A DNA stretch of 64,000 bases, taken from an uncultured Alphaproteobacteria bacterium (lineage in GTDB: Bacteria > Pseudomonadota > Alphaproteobacteria > Rs-D84). The notes beneath the pieces are model-generated. The model was not told the origin of the DNA. It saw nothing but the letters and a program-made list of their open reading frames with translations, and searched no databases. The position numbers and the translations under genes are program-made. The stretch lies in the NCBI GenBank assembly GCA_934232895.1, contig CAKQGH010000001.1, positions 3,635 through 67,634 of the forward strand. Direction: 5' to 3'. Positions 53,872-62,166 of this stretch are shown here, piece by piece. The first letter of the stretch is position 1, and every line of letters begins with the position of its first letter.

Positions 53872-54324
53872 TTATTTTATTCGTGAAATAATCGCAATGG
53901 CATTTTCCAATATTACGCGCGCCGATTCCGAATCAAGTTTCTGTTTTATATCCGCGCGACGCACACGCCCCATATCAGATTGTGCGGCAACACTGGAATA
54001 ACTTTCATCGACAAAGCATATTGGCAAATCAATATACCCAGACAATTCATTTGCGCACGCGCGCACCATTTTTGCCGTTTCAGATTCCGTCCCGTCGCCG
54101 TGATGCGGCAAACCAATTATAATTCCAACGGCGTTTTCCACACGCGCCACATCGGCAATTTGCTGCGCAATTGTTGGGCCCGCACGCCGTGCCAAAATGG
54201 GCGAACGAACAAAAGTAAATTCACGCGTTGCGTCCGACACCGCAACACCCGTGCGCGACGCCCCCCAATCAATTCCAACAATGCGCCCAGTGCGCGGAAA
54301 AGCCTTGAAATCTGGCAAAATCAT
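53872..54324 (-). CDS. ruvX: Holliday-junction-resolvase-like pre-16S rRNA nuclease YqgF/RuvX
   Basis: GIDWGASRTGVAVSD N-terminal motif; 150 aa. Confidence 0.85.
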   Translation of the reverse strand: MILPDFKAFPRTGRIVGIDWGASRTGVAVSDATREFTFVRSPILARRAGPTIAQQIADVARVENAVGIIIGLPHHGDGTESETAKMVRACANELSGYIDLPICFVDESYSSVAAQSDMGRVRRADIKQKLDSESARVILENAIAIISRIK

Positions 54325-54360
54325 TGTATAATTCCCTTTGATTTAATCATAGGATTTGAA

Positions 54361-54657
54361 ATGGCGTTTAGCAAGCAACAATTACAAAAATTTGCCAATC
54401 TGATTCGGATTGAAATTTCCGATGAAAAACTGGAACAAATGAATATAGATTCTGTCATTGATTGGTTGGATAAATTACAGAAAATCGACACACGTGGTGT
54501 TGAACCAATGCTGAATCCGGCATCACACAAATTGCCTCGTCGCGCTGATAATGTGACCGATGGAAATATTCGTGATGCGGTTATGGCAAACACACCCGAC
54601 AAATCGGGCGTGTCACGTGGATATTTTGCAGTTCCAAAAGTTATGGATGGTGAATAA
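54361..54657 (+). CDS. gatC: Asp/Glu-tRNA amidotransferase subunit C
   Basis: In-frame ATG within ORF 53980..54657: MAFSKQQLQKFANLIRIEISDEKL...; 98 aa; immediately precedes gatA. Confidence 0.85.
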   Translation: MAFSKQQLQKFANLIRIEISDEKLEQMNIDSVIDWLDKLQKIDTRGVEPMLNPASHKLPRRADNVTDGNIRDAVMANTPDKSGVSRGYFAVPKVMDGE

Positions 54658-54659
54658 AA

Positions 54660-56126
54660 ATGATAGATTTAACAATTACCCAGGCATTACAGAAATTAAA
54701 ATCACGCGCCATCAGCGCAACCGAATTGACCCGCGCATATTTGAACCGCATGGAAAAATTTGGTAAAAAATTAAATTGCTATATCACACAAACGCCCGAT
54801 CGCGCATTGGCTGATGCCGCCGCGGCCGACGCCCGATATGCCGATGGTACGGCGGGCGCATTGGACGGCATTCCAATTGGGATGAAGGATTTATTCGCAA
54901 CCCGTGGTATTCGCACGACCGCGGCATCGCGTATGTTGGAAAATTTTGTTCCAGAATATGAATCAACTGTGTCACAAAAACTGATTGACGCCGGGACGGT
55001 TTTGTTGGGCAAAACAAATCTGGACGAATTTGCAATGGGCACATTCAGCAAAACCAGTTTCTTTGGTGCCCCAGTAAATCCGTGGCATCTGGACCAGAAT
55101 TTGACCGCCGGCGGTTCGTCGGGTGGTTCGACCAGTGCGGTTGCAGGCGGTCTGGCCATGGCGGCGACGGGAACCGACACTGGCGGTTCGATTCGTTTCC
55201 CCGCATCGGTCACTGGTTTGGTTGGAATGAAACCAACATACGGATTATGCAGCCGTTGGGGTTGTGTTGCATTTGCATCCAGTTTGGACACCCCGGGCCC
55301 AATCGCGCGCACCGCAGATGATGCCGCATTGATGTTGGCGGCAATGGCGGGGCACGACCCAAAGGATTCAACCAGTGAAGAAAACGTTTTTACATTTGAT
55401 GGCGAATTGAGACCAATTATTGGTGATGGCAAAAAATTACGCGTTGGTGTTATCAAGGAATTTGCCGATGTCAAAATTTCACCAGATATGAAACGCATAT
55501 TTGACGCCCGCATTGCCGATTTGAAATCGAACGGTGCCGAAATAGTCGAGGTATCAATTCCAAATATCTTGGACGCGTTGGCGGCATACTATATCATTGC
55601 CCCGGCCGAGGCATCATCAAACCTGGCACGATATGACGGCATGCGTTATGGTCTGCGCGTCGAGGGGACTGATTTAATCGACACATATAAAAAGACACGC
55701 GCCGCAGGCTTTGGAACCGAGGTTCAACGCCGTATGATTATAGGCACGGCGGTATTATCCAGCGAATCGTACGAGGTTTATTTTATGCAGGCCGCACGCG
55801 TTCGCCGCATGATTGCCGACAGTTTCACCGCCGCATTTGAACAATGCGATTTGATTGTTTGCCCGGCGGGCGCCGGCACGGCAATGCCATTGGATTCTGA
55901 TTTAACGCCATTGGAATATTATGCATTGGATTTGTTCACGGTGGCAATGAACCTGGCCGGAATTCCGGCGTGCAGTGTACCCGCCGGATTGGCCGAAAAC
56001 GGATTACCATTGGGAATGCAGGTTGTTGGTCGCCGCTTTGACGATATGCGTGTGTTGCAATTGTCAAAACATATCCAGGAATTCGGCGGTGTTGACAACC
56101 GTCCAACTGTAATTATGGGGGAATAA
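54660..56126 (+). CDS. gatA: Asp/Glu-tRNA amidotransferase subunit A
   Basis: Amidase signature GGSSGGS...GTDTGGSIRFPA. Confidence 0.92.
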   Translation: MIDLTITQALQKLKSRAISATELTRAYLNRMEKFGKKLNCYITQTPDRALADAAAADARYADGTAGALDGIPIGMKDLFATRGIRTTAASRMLENFVPEYESTVSQKLIDAGTVLLGKTNLDEFAMGTFSKTSFFGAPVNPWHLDQNLTAGGSSGGSTSAVAGGLAMAATGTDTGGSIRFPASVTGLVGMKPTYGLCSRWGCVAFASSLDTPGPIARTADDAALMLAAMAGHDPKDSTSEENVFTFDGELRPIIGDGKKLRVGVIKEFADVKISPDMKRIFDARIADLKSNGAEIVEVSIPNILDALAAYYIIAPAEASSNLARYDGMRYGLRVEGTDLIDTYKKTRAAGFGTEVQRRMIIGTAVLSSESYEVYFMQAARVRRMIADSFTAAFEQCDLIVCPAGAGTAMPLDSDLTPLEYYALDLFTVAMNLAGIPACSVPAGLAENGLPLGMQVVGRRFDDMRVLQLSKHIQEFGGVDNRPTVIMGE

Positions 56127-56161
56127 AAAAACGCGCATAACGCGCGCAGACAAATAAATAG

Positions 56162-56237
56162 TGGTGGCTAGGAACGGAATCGAACCGCTGACACAGGGAT
56201 TTTCAGTCCCTTGCTCTACCAACTGAGCTACCTAGCC
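56162..56237 (-). tRNA. tRNA-Phe (anticodon GAA)
   Basis: Reverse complement GGCTAGGTAGCTCAGTTGGTAGAGCAAGGGACTGAAAATCCCTGTGTCAGCGGTTCGATTCCGTTCCTAGCCACCA folds as a cloverleaf; anticodon loop CTGAAAA. Confidence 0.92.
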
Positions 56238-56291
56238 AACGCGAGACGAATAATAAGATACGAAAATAAAAAAAGCAAGGAAAAAGAAAAA

Positions 56292-57815
56292 ATGTTTACG
56301 ATAAAGGGCAAAACAACAGATTGGGAACTGGTTATCGGGCTGGAAACACACATCGAGGTGTTGTCAAATTCCAAACTTTTCAGTGGTGCATCAGCAAATT
56401 ATAACCCGACGATAGCCCCCAACACCCAGGTTTCTATGGTTGATGTGGCAATGCCCGGTATGTTGCCGGTGTTGAACGAATACTGTGTTGAACAGGCAAT
56501 TAAAATGGGATTGGGCCTGAATGCCGAAATTTCACATCACAGTAAATTTGCCCGTAAACAGTATTTTTACCCTGACCTGCCCCAGGGATACCAAATTTCA
56601 CAGCCTGCCGAAGAACCACCGGTTGTTGGCCGCGGTTGGGTTGAGATTATGGGCGACGATGGAAATCCGAAAAAGATTTTAATTGAGCGCGCTCATTTGG
56701 AACAAGACGCCGGTAAATTAAAACACGATGTTCATCCAACAAAATCTTTTGCCGATTATAACCGTACGGGTGTTGCATTGTTGGAAATCGTGACATTTTT
56801 GGACACGAAAAATCCTGAAAACAATTCATACATTTCATCCCCAGACGAGGCCGAGCGCTATCTGCGTGAAATTCGTGAAATCGCACGCGCACTGGGCGTG
56901 TCCAAGGCGAATATGGAAGAAGGTTCTATGCGCGCGGATGTGAATGTTTCTGTTCGTCCGGTTGGCGATACAAAATTCCGCACTCGCACCGAAACCAAAA
57001 ATATGGTATCGTTCAAATTCATTAAATCCGCCATTGAATACGAGGCGCGCCGTCAAATCGAAATATATGAAAACGGTGGCACCGTATCCCAGGACACAAT
57101 GCGTTATAACCAGGGCGACGGCACAACATCCGTTATGCGCAGCAAAGAAGACGCATTGGATTACCGCTATTTTCCAGACCCGGATTTATTGCCATTGGAT
57201 ATTACCGATGAACAAATTGAACGCGTTCGTAAAACTATGCCGGAATTGCCGGCGGCAACACGTGCACGCTATATCAATGAATATGGTTTGGCCGAATATG
57301 ATGCAGCGCGTTTAACCGAAACAACCGATATTTCCAAATGGTTTGATGCCGCCGTTGATGGCAATGCGGCACGCGCAAAACCAATTGCAAACTGGATGAT
57401 TTCGGAACTGTTTGCACACGCCGAAAATTGGGATGTAAAAAACGCTGTGGATACAGCCGAGCCTGGCACACCGCGGATTATTCGCCCATTGGATTTGGCC
57501 GAATTAGTTGATATGATAAGCGCATCAGAAATCAACGGTAAACAGGCCAAAGATATATTTATAAAAATGTTAGATGGCGAAACTGGCACCCCGCGCGAAA
57601 TTGCCGATAAATTTGGTATGAAACAAATTACCGACACATCTGAAATCGAGGCCGTCATCGACGCCGTTATCGCCGCATCTGCACCCCAGGTCGCACAATA
57701 CAAGGCAGGCAAAACTGGACTGTTGGGATTCTTTGTCGGCGGCGTAATGCGCGCCACACATGGCAAGGCCAACCCAGCCGTTGTAAACGAAATATTGTTG
57801 AAAAAATTATCCTAA
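56292..57815 (+). CDS. gatB: Asp/Glu-tRNA amidotransferase subunit B
   Basis: ORF 56211..57815 trimmed to MFTIKGKTTDWELVIGLETHIEV (the upstream part overlaps tRNA-Phe); C-terminal GatB_Yqey region. Confidence 0.92.
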   Translation: MFTIKGKTTDWELVIGLETHIEVLSNSKLFSGASANYNPTIAPNTQVSMVDVAMPGMLPVLNEYCVEQAIKMGLGLNAEISHHSKFARKQYFYPDLPQGYQISQPAEEPPVVGRGWVEIMGDDGNPKKILIERAHLEQDAGKLKHDVHPTKSFADYNRTGVALLEIVTFLDTKNPENNSYISSPDEAERYLREIREIARALGVSKANMEEGSMRADVNVSVRPVGDTKFRTRTETKNMVSFKFIKSAIEYEARRQIEIYENGGTVSQDTMRYNQGDGTTSVMRSKEDALDYRYFPDPDLLPLDITDEQIERVRKTMPELPAATRARYINEYGLAEYDAARLTETTDISKWFDAAVDGNAARAKPIANWMISELFAHAENWDVKNAVDTAEPGTPRIIRPLDLAELVDMISASEINGKQAKDIFIKMLDGETGTPREIADKFGMKQITDTSEIEAVIDAVIAASAPQVAQYKAGKTGLLGFFVGGVMRATHGKANPAVVNEILLKKLS

Positions 57816-57830
57816 CCCAAAGGAGCACAC

Positions 57831-57998
57831 ATGCAAATCATTGGTATAGTGAAGAACAATCACATCACTGGCGTTGAATATGGCCCTATTGAAATCCATG
57901 CGCCGAAAACAGATTACAAACACGCGCAACATCGTGCACAGCAAATAAAATCAATCCAGGCACGTGCAAAACGCAACCTGCGCACCAGACAAAAATAG
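57831..57998 (+). CDS. Candidate small protein (55 aa), below the ORF-track cutoff
   Basis: AAAGGAG 6 nt before the ATG; MQIIGIVKNNHITGVEYGPIEIHAPKTDYKHAQHRAQQIKSIQARAKRNLRTRQK; fills the gatB-miaB gap. Confidence 0.35.
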   Translation: MQIIGIVKNNHITGVEYGPIEIHAPKTDYKHAQHRAQQIKSIQARAKRNLRTRQK

Positions 57999-58003
57999 TA
58001 CAA

Positions 58004-59308
58004 ATGAAAAAGTTTTTTATCCAGACATTCGGCTGTCAAATGAATGTGTATGATGGCCAACGCATTGCGGCCATGTTGGCACATCACGGTTTAACACAAA
58101 CAGACGCTGTTGCCGACGCCGACATTATTATATTAAATACTTGTTCCGTACGTGAAAAGGCAACGAACAAGGTTTATTCCGCCCTGGGGCGCATTCGCAA
58201 AGAAAAAAAGCCCACTGCCCTGTTTGGCATTGTTGGGTGTGTTGCACGCGAAAGTGGTGCCGATGCGTTCAAGCGCATTCCAGATTTGAATTTTGTTTTG
58301 GGGCCACAAAGTTATCATAAATTACCAGAGATATTAAGCGATCCTGATACACGTTTATTAAATATCGATTTGGGTGGTCTGGAAAAATTTGATGAATTGC
58401 CACAAATGCAAACATCACCATCGGTCGCATATATTCCAATTCAAGAGGGCTGCAATCACTGTTGTACATACTGTATTGTGCCATATACACGCGGGCGCGA
58501 AATTTCACGTTCATTTAATGATGTTATGCGCGACACGGTTCACGCCGCGGAAACGGGCGCAATTGAAATATGCTTTTTGGGACAAAATGTAAATGGATAT
58601 AAATATACCGATGAAAACGGCAAGTTATGGCGACTGTCTGATTTAATTCATGCAACCGCAAAACTGGATAATGTCAAACGCATTCGCTTTACATCCAGCT
58701 ATCCAACCGAAATGACCGACGATTTGATTGAAATGTTTGCAATCGAACCGAAATTGTTGCCGTTTCTGAATATGCCTATACAAAGCGGGTCGCCCGATGT
58801 ATTAACAAGAATGAACCGCCCGTATTCGCTAAATCTATATATAGATATTATTGACAAATTGCGTGCCGCACGACCAGATATTCAAATTTCCAGCGATTTT
58901 ATTGTTGGGTTTCCCGGCGAAACCGACGACGATTTTGCACAAACAATGCAAATCGCAGAAAAGATTAAATACATCAATTCATATTCTTTCAAATATTCGC
59001 CCCGCCCCCACACGGCGGCGGCCGTGATGCCAAATCAAATACCAGAACAGATAAAGGCCGCGCGTCTGGCAAAACTGGACGGATATTTGAACGAAATTCA
59101 ACGCACATTTAATGAAAGTTGCGTTGATAAAACATTTGAATGCCTGTGCGAGGGTCACGATAAAACTGGGCGCCATTTCATATACCGTACACCATACATG
59201 CAACAATGCATTGTTGATGCCCCGGGCGGCGACGCGCCAATAATGGCCAACATAAAAATCACCGCCGCCAACAAGGCATCCCTGCGTGGTGAACTGGTCA
59301 AAGAATAA
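58004..59308 (+). CDS. miaB: tRNA-i6A37 methylthiotransferase MiaB
   Basis: N-terminal FGCQMNVYD, radical-SAM CNHCCTYCIVPYTRG, C-terminal TRAM. Confidence 0.9.
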   Translation: MKKFFIQTFGCQMNVYDGQRIAAMLAHHGLTQTDAVADADIIILNTCSVREKATNKVYSALGRIRKEKKPTALFGIVGCVARESGADAFKRIPDLNFVLGPQSYHKLPEILSDPDTRLLNIDLGGLEKFDELPQMQTSPSVAYIPIQEGCNHCCTYCIVPYTRGREISRSFNDVMRDTVHAAETGAIEICFLGQNVNGYKYTDENGKLWRLSDLIHATAKLDNVKRIRFTSSYPTEMTDDLIEMFAIEPKLLPFLNMPIQSGSPDVLTRMNRPYSLNLYIDIIDKLRAARPDIQISSDFIVGFPGETDDDFAQTMQIAEKIKYINSYSFKYSPRPHTAAAVMPNQIPEQIKAARLAKLDGYLNEIQRTFNESCVDKTFECLCEGHDKTGRHFIYRTPYMQQCIVDAPGGDAPIMANIKITAANKASLRGELVKE

Positions 59309-59311
59309 TAT

Positions 59312-60853
59312 TCAAAATGCAAACCGGGCGTTAAATGATATGCGGTACATTGTACCAAAATCTGTTGCGATAACGCCCAATTCGGCACCACCGCCGGCGG
59401 CATCAAATACCGACCAGGCATCAATATGTAATGCCGCGCCAACATCACCCGATGTTTCGGCACGCATACGCAAACCATAATTGTATGTTAAATCATCCGT
59501 GCCGCCGTGCGTATCAATATCAACGCCTATGCCAGTGCTGCTTTTATTATCCGACTGGTGCGCCACAACGGCCCGATCTATTCTGGCGCCCGCAAATGGC
59601 GTAAACACAAAATCACCATCCGGATTCAAATGAACACCAACATCAAATTGGCCATAAAAACTTTTACCATTTGGGGCCGAACGCGTCTGGGCACCATCCA
59701 TAACAAAATCTGATTCAAATGTGGCAAACGACGCTCCCATAATGCCACGCGCCATAAATTCGCCGTTGTCATATTCTGCGCCAATGTTTCCACCAACAAA
59801 CGAACCCACAAAATCATTTATATCGTCCGACACATCAACCACGCCGGCATACCCCACAACACCAACATTCAAATTCTTTGTCAGGGCCGCCCCATACGAC
59901 ATACGCGCCGCATTTATATTTGTATCCGAATTTTTAATTACAATTGGCGCAATGGAAAAATCATTTACGATGTTCAAATTAAACATTTCAAATTCATCGA
60001 ACACCCGCACGGGATTCATCAAATTTATCGGATTCAACCGCACAGATTTTGCCACAATTCCGCGTAAAGTATCGATGTCTGTCGCACCATCCATTGCGGC
60101 CAACAATTTATCATGTGGCGACGCCGCGCGCACCGAATGCAGAAAATTCCCAGTATTTGAATCAAGTATTTTGCGATAGTCTGTTTCACGAACCGTTGTC
60201 ACATACAGTTTATCATTTTCTATGTATGTTTTGATTGCCATCAATGGATTATCATTTGGCGCAATGATTGTTGCAACACCGGTACCACCAATATTATCAA
60301 TTAAGATGCCATTGGCCAAATCACGCAACGAATTTACATACAATTTTACATTGCCAATCAATTGTATCACCGGCGCATCCACAATTGTGGAATCAATAAC
60401 CAGCGATGAATTTTCCAAGATTATGCGACGGCTGGCGCCGCCAATTGAAACTATATCACCCAACGATAACATTTCGGCATTGCGAACCAATATTGAATAA
60501 TCAACATTAGTTTCTAAATTTTTTATGTCATCTGACGAATTTATCAATTGCGTCAAACGCGAATTTGCACCCAAATAAAAATCGGCATTCATTGTGCCAC
60601 TGTTCTTGATGGTCAATGCCATACCATCGGCGACATGAATATTGCCCTGGAACAGGCCACGATTATCAAATGTCAATGTTGAATCAATATATAAATCTGA
60701 AATATAAACACCAGCGCGCGGATCAATATACACATCGTCCGAAATATGATGTTCAAAAGGTATATGCATATCCCAATAAAACTGTTCTCCGTATGCCGCC
60801 GTCACCGACACCAGCATCGCAATGAAAATAAAGGCAATTTTTCCTATACACAT
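59312..60853 (-). CDS. Autotransporter-like outer membrane protein (513 aa)
   Basis: Signal peptide; N-terminal repetitive passenger (NSGTMNADFYLGANSRL, ILENSSLVIDST); C-terminal about 250-aa barrel-like region ending RISFNARFAF. Confidence 0.6.
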   Translation of the reverse strand: MCIGKIAFIFIAMLVSVTAAYGEQFYWDMHIPFEHHISDDVYIDPRAGVYISDLYIDSTLTFDNRGLFQGNIHVADGMALTIKNSGTMNADFYLGANSRLTQLINSSDDIKNLETNVDYSILVRNAEMLSLGDIVSIGGASRRIILENSSLVIDSTIVDAPVIQLIGNVKLYVNSLRDLANGILIDNIGGTGVATIIAPNDNPLMAIKTYIENDKLYVTTVRETDYRKILDSNTGNFLHSVRAASPHDKLLAAMDGATDIDTLRGIVAKSVRLNPINLMNPVRVFDEFEMFNLNIVNDFSIAPIVIKNSDTNINAARMSYGAALTKNLNVGVVGYAGVVDVSDDINDFVGSFVGGNIGAEYDNGEFMARGIMGASFATFESDFVMDGAQTRSAPNGKSFYGQFDVGVHLNPDGDFVFTPFAGARIDRAVVAHQSDNKSSTGIGVDIDTHGGTDDLTYNYGLRMRAETSGDVGAALHIDAWSVFDAAGGGAELGVIATDFGTMYRISFNARFAF

Positions 60854-60890
60854 ACAGGAAATTTAGCATATATGAAATATTTCTTACAAT

Positions 60891-60918
60891 AAAAAAGCAA
60901 CCCGGGGGTACCCCCGGG
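60891..60918 (-). terminator. Terminator after the SodC-like gene
   Basis: Perfect palindrome CCCGGGGG-TA-CCCCCGGG (60901..60918) followed on the minus strand by TTGCTTTTTT. Confidence 0.6.
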
Positions 60919-60950
60919 CGCCAGATTCATGAACAAATAACAATTAGTTT

Positions 60951-61490
60951 TTACATTTTAGAAATGTTGCCAATGGTGCCCCATGCGGCCTTGTACCCGC
61001 CATCGCGTGTCAGATACAATTTTGCATTGTTCAACTGTTTGGCGGTCAACCCACGAATCATAAATGTTTCTTGCAGTTGGCCGGCCTTGTCTATGCGCAA
61101 CGTTGGCAAAGTTATCGGCATAGCCGCATTGTCACAGCACATACCACTGGTGCATGGGTTGCATTGGTGTATACGCATCGTGTATGTCACGCCCGGACGC
61201 AGATCTTGCAAATCTGTTTCCATTTTCAAACCAGCATCTGTTTCCGTAAATTTAATATGCCCCATTGCTGATTCACCACCGCGGCTGCTGTGTGTGAACA
61301 TTTTTGCCGCAACGCGATTAACCGCTGCATCTTCGTATGTCTGATAGAACATAACGGTTTCAGCCGGTTTGTTGTGTGCCGGATGATGCTTTGCTTTTTT
61401 ATTGCCGCACATACCCGCGCATCCTGACAATATTGCCGCCATGCCAATCACAGATGACATAACAAACACTTTTTTCATCATGTCTTTCAT
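60951..61490 (-). CDS. SodC-like (Cu/Zn-SOD fold) lipoprotein, probably non-canonical
   Basis: Lipobox ILSGCAG; GHIKFTETDAGLKMETDLQDLRPGVTYTMRIHQC and DGGYKAAWGTI parallel the SodC strands, but most His ligands are missing and replaced by CNPCTSGMCC. Confidence 0.45.
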   Translation of the reverse strand: MKDMMKKVFVMSSVIGMAAILSGCAGMCGNKKAKHHPAHNKPAETVMFYQTYEDAAVNRVAAKMFTHSSRGGESAMGHIKFTETDAGLKMETDLQDLRPGVTYTMRIHQCNPCTSGMCCDNAAMPITLPTLRIDKAGQLQETFMIRGLTAKQLNNAKLYLTRDGGYKAAWGTIGNISKM

Positions 61491-61578
61491 AAACGTCTCC
61501 TTTTTCCTTTGGTTTACACGCCGAATTGTATATTATTTTTATACACTTTTCGCCAGGTATGATTACCTAGGAATCCCA

Positions 61579-61605
61579 GGAAACAATGCACATAGCGCGT
61601 TTTTT
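61579..61605. repeat. GGAAACAATGCACATAGCGC motif copy (half-hairpin plus T-run)
   Basis: Identical 20-mer at 63877..63896; 1-mismatch copy as the left arm plus loop of the 35473..35504 hairpin (other strand); left-arm-only copy at 52751..52763. Confidence 0.8.
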
Positions 61606-62041
61606 ATATCACGCGTTTAATGTGCAACAATGCGCGCACGGCAAACGGCATCGCGACCAAGTTTTGCAATAAAAACGCGGCAATATAATTACGCGGAAAC
61701 GCGACCAGATATTGCAATAAATTTATCATATGCCCTGTTTCAATAATTGGCGCAATAAATGTCATTGTTCCCGCCATACAGGCCGTCATAATAAACGGCG
61801 TATATTTCATTAAACCAAATCGCATCACCGTATGATGCACCAACGGCACAACAATAAAAAAATTCAACAAAACGGCAAAGGCATATATCGGCACAAACCC
61901 GCGACAAAATGTCGACACATTCAATGCCCCATGAATCCACAGGTTCAGCCCCATCATACCGATAACCATAATAAAACTGTTGGCCAGGCAAAAAATAACC
62001 GATTCGGTTTTTGTTTCCGGTCTGATATGTACACTACTCAT
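61604..62041 (-). CDS. Small polytopic membrane protein (145 aa; possibly DUF2798-like)
   Basis: ORF 61604..62095 trimmed to MSSVHIRP; 4 hydrophobic helices; family guess weak. Confidence 0.45.
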   Translation of the reverse strand: MSSVHIRPETKTESVIFCLANSFIMVIGMMGLNLWIHGALNVSTFCRGFVPIYAFAVLLNFFIVVPLVHHTVMRFGLMKYTPFIMTACMAGTMTFIAPIIETGHMINLLQYLVAFPRNYIAAFLLQNLVAMPFAVRALLHIKRVI

Positions 62042-62166
62042 TTTTATACCCCATAAAAAACAGTGCCGCCAACTGGACTTATGTGTTGATGGCACTGCGC
62101 GTTGTTATTGTTTCTTGAAATTTGCGTTGGGCATTATAAATACAAATCTGCCCCGGGTCAAGTTTT

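Noticed and set aside
56211-56291. N-terminal extension of the gatB ORF (MLYQLSYLANARR…)
   Set aside because: This stretch is the reverse complement of tRNA-Phe read as protein. The canonical GatB N-terminus MFTIKGK…GLETHIEV begins at 56292.
60901-60918. CCCGGGGGTACCCCCGGG (SmaI-KpnI-SmaI-like palindrome), which could hint at vector or polylinker contamination
   Set aside because: It is only 18 nt long. It sits exactly where a terminator hairpin is expected after the SodC-like gene, with a T-run on the transcribed strand, and there is no other vector-like sequence around it.
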